A stretch of DNA of 64,000 bases from Octopus vulgaris (GCA_951406725.2 OX597838.1:22940001-23004000), one strand, 5' to 3'; shown: positions 24,591 to 38,013, counted from the stretch's first letter. Numbers and translations: made by a program. Notes: generated by a model from the sequence alone, not told the origin.

Positions 24591-24752
24591 TACGACAGGC
24601 TTCTTTCAGTTTCCGTCTACCAAATCCACTCACAAGGCATTGGTCGGCCCGGGGCTATAGCAGAAGACACTTGCCCAAGATGCCACGCAGTGGGACTGAA
24701 CCCGGAACCATGTGGTTGGTTAGCAAGCTACTTACCACACAGCCACTCCTGG
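24331..24752 (-). mobile_element. SINE A
   Basis: Young full-length copy. Confidence 0.85.
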
Positions 24753-25061
24753 GTGCACATACACATAAACATAAGAAAATGTGTGCACATATGAACACAC
24801 AAAATAACACAAGCACACATACATATAAAGATATATACACATACACACATGCATACATGCTGACACAGGCACATTTGTATACTCTTATGTATACACACAT
24901 AAACACACACACACACACACACACACAATGTAAGAGCACCTTTATATACGTATTTCTTTACTATCCACAAGGGGCTAAACACAGAGGGGACAAACAAGGA
25001 CAGACAAACGGATCAAGTCGATTACATCGACCCCAGTGCGAAACTGGTATTTAATTTATCT

Positions 25062-25296
25062 AGGCGGCGAGCTGGCAGAAACGTTAGCACGCCGGGCGAA
25101 ATGCTTAGCGGTATTTCGTCTGCGTTACGTTGTGAGTTCAAATTCCGCCGAGGTCGACTTTCATCCTTTCATCCTTTCGGGGTCGATCAATTAAGTACCA
25201 GTTACGCACTGGGGTCGATGTAATCGACTTAATACCCATGTCTGTCCTTGTTTGTCCCCTCTGTGTTTAGCCCCTTGTGGGTAATAAAGAAATAGG
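25062..25296 (+). mobile_element. SINE C inserted antisense into another SINE C (24950-25386, -)
   Basis: 15-bp TSD GGTATTTAATTTATC on both sides. Confidence 0.85.
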
Positions 25297-25399
25297 TATT
25301 TAATTTATCGACCCCGAAAGGATGAAAGGCAAAGTCGACCTCGGCGGAATTTGAACTCAGGACCTTAGCAGCAGACGAAATACCGCGTAGAGCACCCTT

Positions 25400-25945
25400 A
25401 TATACGAACTCAGTTACACATGCACACTGGCACACAAATACAAACATATATGTACATACGTACATATATGTACACACGCACCACACACACACACATGTAT
25501 GAAATTACAAGCATCATGTATACATACATGCGGACACACAAATACAGACACACATACATGTAGAGATGAACAACATGCACATACACACAAGTACACACAA
25601 AATGTACACACACACACAAAACACACATACACAAGCACATGCACAAGCATACACACTCATACAAGCACACACACACAAGGAATACACTCAAGTACACACA
25701 TTCACATGAGCAACACACACACACACTAACACACACATACACTCACATGAACACACACAAAAGCACACACACACACACACACGCACTCAAAATATACATA
25801 CACACAAGCACACACACACGAGCATACACACAAAGAATACACTCGCAAGCACACAAGTACACTTGCAAGCACACAAGTACACACACACTCACATGAGTAC
25901 ACACACACTAACACACACATACACTCACACGAACACACACAAAAG

Positions 25946-25978
<33 letters not shown>

Positions 25979-26230
25979 GCACTCAAAATATACATACACA
26001 CAAGCACACACACGAGCATACACACAAAGAATACACTCGCAAGCACACAAGTACACTCGCAAGCACACAAGTACACACACACTCACACGAGTACACACAC
26101 TCACACGAGTACACACACACTAACACACATACACTCACACGAACACACGCACATACACTCACACGAACACACACACATACAAGCACACATGCTCACATAC
26201 ATAGACACAGGTGCAAACGCATGTACACAT
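25400..26230 (+). repeat. CA-rich low-complexity tract with ~180-bp internal duplication
   Basis: Visible CA runs; a block at ~25700-25880 recurs at ~25890-26080. Confidence 0.85.
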
Positions 26231-26806
26231 ACACCAAACTTACTGGCATTGTGGACAATGACGAAGCGATGGGTGTTAACTCAGGTAATTCATCATGAAA
26301 TTCCAGAGGAGTAATTCATAGACAAAGACAACCACCACACCCCTCTCTCTCTTTCGGAGAGGCACAAGCACCTACACGCACATATACACACACGGCTGTA
26401 ACTTTCGCCTGCCGAATTCAATCACAAAGCTTCGGTCGGCTCGGGGCTATAGCGGAAGACACCTACCCAAAGTGCCACGCAGTGGGACTGAACCCGAAAC
26501 CATGCAGCTAGGAAGCAAGCTCCCTAACCACACAGCCATGCCCGCGCCTATCATGTATATAACAGCATACCTCCTCCCCCACACCACTACACATCATCAT
26601 CATCGTTTCACATCCGTTTTACTATGCTGGCATGGGTTGGACAGTTTGATAGCAACCGGTCAGCCAGGAGCTATTCAGACTCCCAACTGTCCGTTCTAGC
26701 ATGGTTTCTACAGCTTAATATAGTGTGAGAGACTCACCGTTGACTCACATGGTATATTAAGAATAGTGTGAGGAGTCATTGGTGACTCCCATGGTATATT
26801 AAGTAT

Positions 26807-27191
26807 GTGGAGGCGCAATGGCTCAGTGGTTAGGGCAGCAGACTTGCGGTCATAGGATCGCGGTTTCGATTCCTAGACCAGGCGTTGTGAGTGTTTATTG
26901 AGCGAAAACACCTAAAAGCTCCACGAGGCTCCGGCAGGGATGGTGGTGATCCCTGCTGTACTCTTTCACCACAACTTTCTCTCACTCTTACTTCCTGTTT
27001 CTGTTGTACCTGTACTTCAAAGGGCCGGCCTTGTCACTCTGTGTCACGCTGAATATCCCCGAGAACTACGTTAAGGGTACACGTGTCTGTGGAGTGCTCA
27101 GCCACTTACACGTTAATTTCACGAGCAGGCTGTTCCGTTGATCGGATCAACCGGAACCCTCGTCGTCGTAACCGACGGAGTGCTTCCATCC
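26807..27191 (+). mobile_element. SINE family E, full-length
   Basis: A box TGGCTCAGTGG, B box GTTTCGATTCC, TSD ATATTAAGTAT. The 3' third is homologous to the 10306-14005 satellite unit. Confidence 0.85.
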
Positions 27192-27245
27192 ATATTAAGT
27201 ATATAGTGTGAGAAGTTGCCAGTGACTCACATGATATATTGAGAA

Positions 27246-27760
27246 CTAGCAGTATTGCCCGGCGTTGCTCGGGTTTGTAAGGGAAATAACTATATAAGCA
27301 TTTTTAGAGAGTTACTTCCCTTATAGATGCCAATTCAGGCTTTCTTAGCCATTTCTGTTTTGGTGTCTTCAAGCCATGAAGTCGTTGTTCTAAAAGAACG
27401 CTGGTCTCCTTGACAACGCTTTACGACGTTGATTTCCTTACACTCCCTTCCCCACAGCTTCACGAGGGAGGGAAGAAGGGGGAGAAGCAAATAGGTGCAG
27501 CTGTGAGCGTGGACGCCAACTCCGCCGCCATCGACACACGAAAAATTATGCATTAAAATGGAATAAAAAATTATGTTAAATTATTTTTTAAATCGTAGAC
27601 TCATCGTAGACGCGCGCTAATACTCAGACGGGCTCGATAAGAATCACGACTATAAGATACACGAATTTGGTTAAACTGCACCGCAAAATGTGGGAGTAGT
27701 TAGGAATCTAAATCGAAGGGAACAGACACTCACACAACAACAGTTTTATATATATATAGA
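27246..27760 (-). mobile_element. Non-autonomous Helitron
   Basis: Minus strand A|TC...CCCGAGCAACGCCGGG hairpin...CTAG|T. No TSD; removing it restores the host repeat unit (gagaa|tatag). Confidence 0.85.
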
Positions 27761-28329
27761 TATAGCGTGAGGAGTCATCACTGACTCCCATGGTATATTG
27801 AGAATATAGTGTGAGGCATCAACAGCAATTCCTATGGTGTATTAATACAGTGTAGGGAGTCACCAGTGACTCATATGTCAAGTAAAGGGTTAAATACTTA
27901 GAAAGGGACAAAGTATCTTCCCTTCTGTTGAAATCCTACTTCAAGATGGTGGTTGGTAAAAAGGACTTTTAATTGTGAAATCAGGGATCACCATGGCCTG
28001 TACGTTTATTTTATAACTTTGCAAAACCACTCAACTGGATGATTGGTGTCCCTAATAGGGGTAATATAGGGGTCAGTATATTTAGTAATTTGATGGGTGG
28101 GTTGGGGGGGAGATTGTGTTTGTTGGGTTCAAGGAGGAAGGAAATAAATAAATTGTTGGGAGTCAACAAAAGAAATTTCTGGCGGGGGGGGGGGGTTCTG
28201 TGAGGCAGAGAAAGAAGGAAAGAAAGGGAGAAGGAAGGAAAGAGAGAAGGAAGGAAAAAAGAAAAGAAAAAGTGGGAAAAAAAGAACAAAAGAAGGAAAA
28301 TATAAAATTAGATGTAACAATAGTGAAGT

Positions 28330-28715
28330 GCAGGTGTGGTCATGTGGTAAAAAGCTTGCTTCCCAACCACATGGTTCCAGGTTCAGTCCCACTGCATGGT
28401 ACCTTGGGCAAGTGTTTTTTTCTATAGCCTCAGGTCGACCAAAAGCCTTGTGCGTGGATCTGATAGGTGGAAACTGAAAGAAGCCTGTCGTATATATATA
28501 TATATGTATGTATGTGTGTCTGTCTGTCTGTCCCCCAGCAATGCTTGACAACAGGTGTTAGTGTGGTTATATCCCTGTAATTTAGCAATTCAACAAAAGA
28601 GATTGATAGAATAAGTAGCAGATTTTTTTTTTAAATGTCCTGGGGGTCGATACATTTGATTAATAATTCTTCAAGGCGGTGCCCCAGCATGGCCATAGTC
28701 TGATGACTGAAACAA
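28330..28715 (+). mobile_element. SINE A (diverged)
   Basis: Family match. Confidence 0.75.
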
Positions 28716-28859
28716 GGTTACAGGAAGATAATAAGAGCTAGGTGATCAATGAGGAAAGAAGATGAAACAGGAAGATCAACAACAACAACAACAATTATAA
28801 TAAAATGAAAGGAAGAAGAAGAGGAAGTTGAGAATGTCTATAATTAAACAGCTGAGTTA

Positions 28860-29497
28860 TATGCATGTTAGTGTGTGTGTGTGTGTGTTAGTGTGTGCAT
28901 GTGTCAGTGTGTGTGTCAGTGTTTGCGTGTGTGTGTGTGTGTGGCTATGTGTGTGAGTGTGTGTGACAGTGTGTGTGTCTGTGCATGGCAGTGTGTATGT
29001 GTTTGTGTGTGTGTGTGGCTGTGTGTGTGAGTGTGTGTGACAGTGTGTGTGTCTGTGCATGGCAGTGTGTGTGTGTGTGTGGCTGTGTGTGTCTGTGCAT
29101 GGCAGTGTGTGTGTGTGTGTGGCTGTGCATGTATCTGTGTGTGTGTCTGTGTGTGGCAGTGTGTGTGTGTGGCAGTGTGTGTGTGTGGCAGTGTGTGTGT
29201 GTCTGTGCTTGACAATGTGTGTGTGTGTGTGTGTGGCTGTGTGTGTATCTGTGTGTAGCAGTGTGTGTGTCTGTGTGTGGCAGTGTGTGTGTGTGAGGCA
29301 GTGTGTGTGTCTGTACATGGTAGTGTGTGTGTCTGTGCGTGGAAGTGTGTGTGTGGGGGGGTGTATGAGTGTGTGTATGTGGCAGTGTGTGTGTGTGTGT
29401 GTGTGAGTGTGTGTGTGTGTGAAGGGAAGGGAAAGTGTGCTATTGATGTCATTCACAACAACAGTGATGTCATCAATCCGTCTTTTATATAACAGCA

Positions 29498-29528
<31 letters not shown>

Positions 29529-29657
29529 TGGGAGGAGGAAAGAACCTCCCACTCACACCTCCATACAATACCTTTGAAGATAAATGGAGGCATTCAGGTG
29601 TGGAGAAATATATACATACATTCAGAAACACACACATATATATACACACACATATAT

Positions 29658-29712
<55 letters not shown>

Positions 29713-29799
29713 TATATACACATACATATATATATACACATAAATATATATATACACACACATATATACACACACACACACATACACACACACACATAT

Positions 29800-29830
<31 letters not shown>

Positions 29831-29837
29831 CGCATAT

Positions 29838-29886
<49 letters not shown>

Positions 29887-29890
29887 TACA
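28860..29890 (+). repeat. GT-rich (28860-29420) and CA/TA-rich (29630-29890) tracts
   Basis: Simple sequence. Confidence 0.9.
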
Positions 29891-30269
29891 AACATTTATA
29901 TCTTCAACATCATCCTTTAACAACAGTCCTTCATGCATGCTTTGGTAGGACAATTGGCAGGAGTTGGCCAAGTAGAAAACTACCTCAGGCTACTGTGTCT
30001 GGTTTGGAAGGGTTTTTACGACTGGCTGGCTGCCCTTCCCAATACCACCCACTCTGCAGAGTGGACTCGGTGCATTTTACATGACACTAGGACAGGCAAG
30101 GTTAGTTTTGGCAAGGTTTTTTACAGCCGGATGCCCTTCCAAATGATGAGCAGGAGTAGTGGGGAGCATCATAGCCATGTGTCCAGGGAGATTCTTAGGG
30201 ATTTGAATAAATATCACAACAAAAGCAAAGGTTGAAGAAAATATTAGCCATTTTTCGTATTTCTTTCTA

Positions 30270-30680
30270 GGCGTAGGAGTGGCTGTGTGGTAAGTAGCTT
30301 GCTTACCAACCACATGGTTCCGGGTTCAGTCCCACTGCGTGGCACCTTGAGCAAGTGTCTTCTACTATAGCCTCGGGCCAACCAAAGCCTTGTGAGTGGA
30401 TTTGGTAGACGGAAACTGAAAGAAGCCTGTTGTATATATATATATATATATATGTATGTGTATGTGTATATGTTTGTGTCTGTGTTTGTCCCCCCAACAT
30501 CGCTTGACAACCGATGCTGGTGTGTTTACATCCCCGTAACTTAGCGGTTCGGCAAAAGAGACCGATAGAATAAGTACTAGGCTTACAACGAATAAGTCCT
30601 GGGGTCGATTTGCTCGACTAAAAGTCGGTGCTCCAGCATGGCCACAGTCAAATGACTGAAACAAGTAAAAGAGTAAAAAG
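30270..30680 (+). mobile_element. SINE A
   Basis: Full-length. Confidence 0.85.
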
Positions 30681-30729
30681 AGAGAGGGTAAGCATATAGG
30701 AAATAACAGTTGCTGCCCAATTGACTGGC

Positions 30730-31236
30730 AAAAGTTTTGTGCTGGTGCCATGTAAAAGCACCCAGGCCATGGCATCACATCCAAAGCTCATGGAACGGTG
30801 CCATGTGAAAAGCACTCATGTTGGTGTGCGCATAAATGTGCCCGTGCTGGTGCCACATAAAAAAGTACCCAGCACACTTTGTAAAGTGGTTGGTACTAGA
30901 ATGGGCACCCAGCCATAGAAACCAAGCTAAATCAAACTCGAGACTTGTCAGCTCTGGTCAAACCACTCAAGCCAATGCCAGAATGGACCACGGGTGTTAA
31001 ATGATGACGATCATCATCATCATCGTTTAACGTCCGCTTTCCATGCTAGCATGGGTTGGAAGGTTCAACTGGGGTCTGGGGAGCCCGAAGGCTGCACCAG
31101 GCCAGTCAGATCTGGCAGTGTTTCAACAGCTGGATGCCCTTCCTAACGCCAACCACTCCGAGAGTGTAGTGGGTGATTTTATGTGCCACCGACACAGGTG
31201 CCAGACGAGGCTGGCAGACGGCCACGCTCGGATGGT
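30730..31236. mobile_element. Two RTE 3' fragments tail-to-tail (+ 30730-31010, - 31010-31236)
   Basis: Converging tails meet in a GAT/CAT microsatellite. Confidence 0.7.
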
Positions 31237-31371
31237 ATGATATATTATTACCAGCATGTCAAATGTTTAATGTCTGTTTTCCACACTTTTCTAAAACATT
31301 TTTGAAACTTGAATATGAAAACAGGGCAGCCAAAAGGTGCCAACTGATCTGACAATATGAAAAGAAATTAG

Positions 31372-31770
31372 ATGCAGGAGTGGCTGTGTGGTAAGTAGTT
31401 TGCTTACAAACTGCATGGTTCCGGGTTCAGTTCCACTGCGTGGCACCTTGGACAAGTGTCTTCTACTACTATAGCCTCGGGCCGGCCAAAGCTTTGCGAG
31501 TGGATTTGGTAGACGAAAACTGAAAGACGCCCATCGTATATATGTATATATATATGTGTTTGTGTGTGTATATGTTTGTGTGTCTGTTTGTCCCTCCAAC
31601 ATCACTTGACAACCGATGCTGGTGTGTTTATGTCCCCGTAAGTTAGCGGTTCGGCAAAAGTAACTGATAGAACAAGTACTAGGCTTACAAAAAGTCCTGG
31701 GGTCGATTTGCTAGACTAAAGACAGTGCTCCAGCAAGGCCACAGTCAAATGACTGAAACAAGTAAAAGAG
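31372..31770 (+). mobile_element. SINE A
   Basis: Full-length. Confidence 0.85.
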
Positions 31771-32004
31771 GACACATTTTGTGATGTCAGTTGTCTAACT
31801 ATTGATAACAATGCAATTTATGTATTACACATATTTATGCATATAGGTGTCTACTCTTCGAACCCCCCCCCTCTTCAATACACTATTTCACCATGCATTA
31901 CCCCTCTCTCGATATCCTACGTTCTACTTGCCTAGAACCTGTCATCATTTCTCTGAACCACCCCTCCCCACTGGTGCTCCCCTATATTTCTGCACCCCCC
32001 ACCC

Positions 32005-32248
32005 CACATAAAAAGCACCATCCGAACGTGGCCGATGCCAGACCCCTCTGGCACCTGTGCAGGTGGCACGTAAAAAGCACCCACTACACTCGCGGAGTGG
32101 TTGGCGTTAGGAAGGGCATCCAGCTGTAGAAACACTGCCAGACTAGACTGGAGCCTGGGGAAGTCCCGAGCTCCCCAGACCCCGGTCGAAACCGTCCAAC
32201 CCGTGCTAGCGCGGAAAACGGACGTTAAACGATGATGATGATGATGAT
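32005..32248 (+). mobile_element. RTE 3' UTR fragment
   Basis: ggagtggttggcgttaggaagggcatccagc...(GAT)n. Confidence 0.75.
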
Positions 32249-32507
32249 ATTAATGTAATATTACACGTTTTTTTTTTCATGTCTGTGTCTGCCTTAACAT
32301 GTATATAATACATCCTGCATGTGAACATGTGTGCTTGCACGTGTGTGTGTGTGTGTGTGTGTGTGCCCACATTTGCAAATGCCTAAACGTTTTTGTTTTT
32401 TTGTGTTGGTACATAAAAGATGTGGGACACAAATACACATACATTCAGAAAAGTTATCTACAAACACACACGTGTGTGTATATATGTATATATATATACA
32501 CATATAC

Positions 32508-32552
<45 letters not shown>

Positions 32553-32632
32553 CACACACATATATATAAGTATATATGTTTATACACAATAGCATTTTTC
32601 ATTGTGTTTATCTTAATCTGCTGTATGTGTGT

Positions 32633-32707
<75 letters not shown>

Positions 32708-34181
32708 TACACAAAGACACAGTAGATTAATGTAAACACAAAGAAAATTGTGTGTATATATACATACATACATGCATGTGTGCATATGTATATGGGTATG
32801 AATAAATATATACATATATATATATACGTATATATAAACGGGGTGTGTACAATGAATGTGAACATTGGCCTATGTATATAATAAACAACCTGAAAATTCT
32901 TTATTGCAAATGACAAAAAGAAATACAAACTCAGGTGTTTGGGAGCTGGGAGGGGAGTAATGGCAAGTGGACAAGAGGACAGAGGAGACAGGTAGGGCGA
33001 GAAAGGAGTGGCCGGCTGTTAGAAGTGTCACCCATTGTTTGTTGTACATAATGACATCATGAAATGTCCTAGGTGCGCCTTCTGCATGGAAGTGAAATGG
33101 AGAATGTATTCATGGCTCAGTTACCATACATCAAGAGGGTGAATTAAAAATCATTTTTAACCAAATTAAATTACATCTGTAATGGGAAATCATTAACACC
33201 ATAGGAACAGGCATAGCTGTGTGGTAAAGAAGCTTGCCTCCAAATCATGAGGTCTTGGGTTCAGTCCCACTGTGTGGCACCTTGAACAAGTGTCTCCTAC
33301 TATAGCCTTGGGGCTGATCAAAGCTTTGTGTGTGGATTTGGTAGACAGAAACTGAAAGACCATTGTTTGTTTGTTTATTTGAAAGTACGTACGTATGTAT
33401 GTACGTACGTATGTATGTACGTATGTATGTATGTATGTACGTATGTACGTATGTATGTACGTACGTATGTATGTACGTACGTATGTATGTATGTACGTAC
33501 GTATGTATATATCTATCTATCTGTCAATACATACAAACACATGGTTGTGTGGTAAGGAGTTTGCTTTCCAACCATATGGTTCTGAGTTCAGTCCCAGGCT
33601 GACCAAAGCCTGGTGAGTGGATCTGGTAGATGCGAGTTTAAGTCCATTCACTTTGGCCAGTCAGATTACTGAATCTTGCCCATCTTTCAAGAAAGAAACC
33701 AGTTGTATAAGTTTGGGTGTGTGTGTGTGTATTCATATACATATATATATATATAGGTAGATAGATAGATAGATACATGGTACGTTGGTGTAAATGGGAG
33801 CACACTTGTCACAAAAACAGGTGTGTGTGCTTGAGTCCCACAGTATGGAAAACCCACATCTTTAAGATGGTGCTCCAGCATGGCTGCAGTCAGATGATTG
33901 AAACAAGTAAAAGAGTATATATATATATTTATGTGTCTGTACTTATCACCCCCCCCCCACTGCTTGACAACTGGTGTTGATGTGTTTACATCCCCATAAC
34001 TTAGCGGTTCAGCAAAAGACACTGACAGAATAAGCATCAGGCTTAAAAAGAAAATAAGTACTAGGATTGATTAGTTTGACTAAACAGCTGAAAAAATTCA
34101 AATTTTAAAAGAACTCCAAAAATTTATAACTTTGTAGTTTGGCAAAAGAGACCAATAGCGTAAGTACAAGACTTTTAAAAA

Positions 34182-34584
34182 ATGGAAATTGCAGCTGTGA
34201 TACCAGTGCCATTGGCACGTAAGAGGACCATCCGAACGTGGCTGTTGCCAGTGCCGCCCCGACTGGCCTCGTGCCGGTGTTACGTAAAAAGCACCATCCG
34301 TTCGTTGCTGTTGCCAGCCTCGCCTGGCCCCCGTGCCAGTGGCACGTAAAAAGCACCATCCGATCGTGGCCGTTTGCCAGCCTCGTCTGGCACCTGTGCC
34401 GGTGGCACATAAAAAGCACCCACTACACTCACGGAGTGGTTGGCGTTAAGAAGCACATCCAGCCGTAGAAACATTGCCAGATCAGACTGGGCCTGGTGCA
34501 GCTTTCTGGCTTCCCAGACCCAAGTTGAACCATCCAACCCATGCTAGCATGGAAAGCGGACGCTAAACGATGATGATGATGATG
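34182..34584 (+). mobile_element. RTE 3' UTR fragment
   Basis: Same tail with internal aaaagcaccatccg repeats. Confidence 0.8.
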
Positions 34585-35226
34585 AAGTACCGGAGTTGAT
34601 TTGTTTGACTAAACCCTAACCCTTTAAGGCGGTGCCCCAGTATGACTGTAGTCCAGTGAGCGAAACAAGTAAAAGAAAAGTAAAAAAAAATAAGATCAAT
34701 GAAAATTACTCTGAAAAGGGTAAAGGGAGATAATTTCCATGTTTTCATTGGTGTCTTAGTGGTAAGTGGGTATCTTGGCAGTTTTGTGGGTGAAAGCATA
34801 AGTGGACATCAGCATAGAACATTTTGCTCAGGATTCAAGCTTGCCCAAGGCCTAACTAAAACTGGGGTCATGCATGGCTGTGTGGTTAAGAAGATTTCTT
34901 TGCAATCAAATGGCTTTGGGTCCAGTCCTGTTGCACAGTACCTTGGGCAAGGTGTGTGTTTTTTTTTACTCTGGTCCTGGGCAGATTACTGGGGCCCAGT
35001 TCACACTGCTTGTCAACCAGTGTTGGTTTGTATAACTTAGCAGTTCAGCAAAAGAAACCAATAGAATAAATGCTAGACTTAAAAAAAAGAAAACGTGTCC
35101 TGGAGTCATTTTGTTCAACTAAACCCCCTTTTAGGTGGTGCCCCAGTATGGCCACAGACCAATGACTGAAATGAGCAAAATATGTAACAGATGGTATGAT
35201 GGTGGTGGGAATGAGTCCGATCTGTA

Positions 35227-35322
35227 GTTGCTATGGTGACAACTCCATCCTGATATGATTTGGTCCGAGGTGGTAGTAATTGATAGCTTGTTACCTAGGC
35301 AACCTAATCACTTGCGCAGGCG
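35227..35322. promoter_or_regulatory. Candidate RFX X-box pair plus NRF1-like motif
   Basis: GTTGCTATGGTGAC (35227-35240), GTTACCTAGGCAAC (35290-35303) and TGCGCAGGCG (35313-35322) in non-repeat DNA. Confidence 0.45.
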
Positions 35323-35765
35323 GGTGCTATGAAAGCAATCAGCGAAAGCCCAACTAAGAGCAAAATGGTATAATTTCAGGGAGCTGCTAAGCTCTCCCAG
35401 CAACAAGGGGATTCTGTTGTCGGACAAAGGGTAGACTGTGTGGTCCTTGTGGATGAAATGTGATGCTGCTACAATTAGGAAATGTGAGCAGTAAACACAA
35501 GGGAGGTATGAAAGTGAAAGTAGAATGAAACAAGCATACTCTGTTGTATATGTATATTTTAGTATGTACAAGTGACAAGGTACAAATGAGCTGAGATACA
35601 AACACTATGTACATCTCTCTCTCTCACTCTCTATGGATATATAAGTAATTTTATTGTGTCTGGGGACTGTCATCCTCCTTTGGTGTCTTATTATTTATCA
35701 CAATCACAATAATAGTTGACTATTGAAAAGGCTGCAAGCCGCAAGGAAAATTTTAGAAGATTTTA

Positions 35766-36154
35766 GGTGCAGGAGTGGCTGTGTAGTAAGTAGCTTGCTT
35801 ACCAACCACATGGTTCTGGGATTGGTCCCACTGCATAGCACCTCGGGCAAGTGTCTTCTACTGTAGCCTCGGGCTGACCAAAGCCTTGTGAGTGGATTTG
35901 GTAGACAGAAACTGAAAGAAGCCCGTCGTATATATGTATATATGTGTGTGTGTGTGTGTGTGTGTTTGTCCCCCCCAACATCACTTGACAACCGATGCTG
36001 GTGAGTTTATGTCCATGTAACTTAGCAGTTCAGCAAAAGAGACCGATAGAATAAGTACTAGGTTTACAAAGAATAAGTCCTGGGGTCGATTTGCCCAGCT
36101 AAAGGTGGTGCTCCAGCATGGCCACAGTCAAATGACTGAAACAAGTAAAAGAGA
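35766..36154 (+). mobile_element. SINE A
   Basis: Full-length. Confidence 0.85.
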
Positions 36155-36440
36155 GCAAATGAGTAGAAATTGAACTGATGAGAGTGTTAAATAATAAAAG
36201 AGAATAACTCTCCCCCAGACACAATAAAATATGCATCAACACACAAATTCTCACAAAGAATCCCGCAGACCAAATGAGAAAATAAATATGTATATATATA
36301 TATATATATATTTCTTTACTACCCACAAGGGACTAAACACAGAGAGGACAAACAAATGGATTAAGTCGATTACATTGACCCCAGTGCATAACTGGTACTT
36401 AATTTATCAACCCCGAAAGATATATATATATATATATATA

Positions 36441-36630
36441 TGTAAAATAATATGTGACAATTATTCGGTAGCCAAGATAAAACTCTGAGTTTCCATCTCG
36501 GCATCCGAAACTCAGAGTTTTATCTTGGCTACTGAATAATTGTCACATATTATTTTACAGATAAATTTCCTCTATTTAAATAATATTGAGGTCTCTTTCT
36601 TTCTTTTGTTATCTTACCGTTTTTACCAAC
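36441..36630. mobile_element. Foldback element family also at 40380-40610 and 3897-3992
   Basis: Palindrome tgtaaaataatatgtgacaattattcggtagccaagataaaactctgagtttc...gaaactcagagttttatcttggctactgaataattgtcacatattattttaca. The extension is shared with the other two copies; TA flanks. Confidence 0.65.
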
Positions 36631-36914
36631 ATATATATATATATATATATATAGCAAAATAAAGATTCAGATAGAATTGGGTACTTGAAAAGATATGCAC
36701 CTAATTAGGGTTGGATAAACCTGTGGATACCGGCAATGGTTGATAAGTATCAAGTAGAATATTACGGTTGAGTATACAGAGGAGACAAACCATATGAGTA
36801 TTTAGGCCTACAAGCTGGTGCAAAGCATGTATTACATTCATAGTTAGCTTCAACAGGCTTCAGCCAAGTCCCTGCCGTACTCTTGGGACATTCTTTTGTT
36901 TGTATAATTACATT

Positions 36915-36995
36915 TCATCTGATGATTACAGTCTTTTGTAACAAAGTAATGTTCGCACTCTTCTATTAAAAATGCACAAGAAACAGGTGTAATGA
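36915..36995 (+). ncRNA. Possible type I hammerhead with irregular helix II
   Basis: UCAU-CUGAUGA-(54 nt, UU..AA closing, UUACA/UGUAA hairpin)-GAAAC-AGGU-GUA-AUGA, inside a ~370-bp unique stretch between (TA)n tracts. Confidence 0.5.
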
Positions 36996-37111
36996 GGCTG
37001 ACAGTTATCCATCATCTGTAATTATTCATTTGATTATATATATATACACACACACACAACTATATATATATATATATATACACATAGATACATATATATA
37101 CACACACACAC

Positions 37112-37150
<39 letters not shown>

Positions 37151-37229
37151 CATACATATATATATACATACATGTATATACATACACACATATACATACG
37201 TACATATATATGTACACATACATATTTAC

Positions 37230-37261
<32 letters not shown>

Positions 37262-37375
37262 TTACATATATATATATATATACATAAATACACACGTATA
37301 TATAAATATATATATAGCTTCACACAAATACACAAGTATATATAAAGCCCATCGTGTATGACCGAAGTCAGGACA

Positions 37376-37580
37376 CCATGATAGATCGTTAGCTCCTACA
37401 CGCTTTTTTTTCTCTCCTTTTTTCTCTCCTTGTTTTTTTTCTGTTTATCTTTCTGTCGAAGAGCATAGGCTCAAAACGCAAAAGACTTGTTCTATTTCTA
37501 TTCCCGAGCGCTGTACTAATACATTTGCTTGTTTGTATTCCACCTGCCTCCGTCTTTTGTTTATTTTCATAAACTTTCCC

Positions 37581-37583
<3 letters not shown>
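37376..37583 (+). mobile_element. TA-tract-associated repeat (second copy 50358-50544, opposite strand) with degenerate hammerhead-like GAAGA-GC..GCTC-(G)AAAC motif
   Basis: Two diverged inverted-orientation copies in the window, each ending at (TA)n. Confidence 0.5.
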
Positions 37584-37617
<34 letters not shown>

Positions 37618-37850
37618 GTGTGTGTGTGTTTTTGTGTCTGTATTCGTCCCCACCACCACTGCTTGACAACCAGTGCTGGTGTTTATGTCACTGTAACTTA
37701 GTGGTTCAGCTAAAGAGACCGATTAAATTAGTACTGGGCTTATAAATAGTTAGCACTGGTCAATGCATACAACTAAAGATTCAAGGCGGTGCCCCAGCAT
37801 GACCACAGTCTAATGACTAAAACAAGTAAAACATAAAAGATATATATATA

Positions 37851-38013
37851 GGCGCAGGTGTGGCTGTGTGGTAAGTAGCTTGCTAACCAACCACATGGTT
37901 CCGGGTTCAGTCCCACTGCGTAGCATCTTGGGCAAGTGTCTTCTGCTATAGCCCCGGGCCGACCAATGCCTTGTGAGTGGATTTGGTAGACGGAAACTGA
38001 AAGAAGCCTGTCG

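Larger units (their letters stand above)
26715..27877 (+). repeat. ~43-bp degenerate minisatellite with GAGTCA/TGACTC hairpin, split by SINE E and Helitron
   Basis: tatagtgtgaggagtca..tgactc(a/c)catggtatatt, about 6 copies. Confidence 0.75.

Noticed and set aside
24671-25054. Recurrent peptide [25 protein letters not shown] as a gene family
   Set aside because: Antisense translation of the SINE A head, frame-broken in many copies.
26244-26320. Minus-strand exon ending ATG CCA|GTAAGT as the coding start
   Set aside because: No good acceptor, stops in all frames upstream, and the signal-peptide exon at 15833 already supplies the start; at most a UTR exon.
26807-26885. tRNA genes at SINE heads (also 41422-41485)
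   Set aside because: A and B boxes are present but there is no complete cloverleaf, and they continue into SINE bodies (with a TSD at 26807).
28857-30084. Long HT/CV/YI-repeat ORFs here and throughout the window
   Set aside because: Dinucleotide microsatellite translations.
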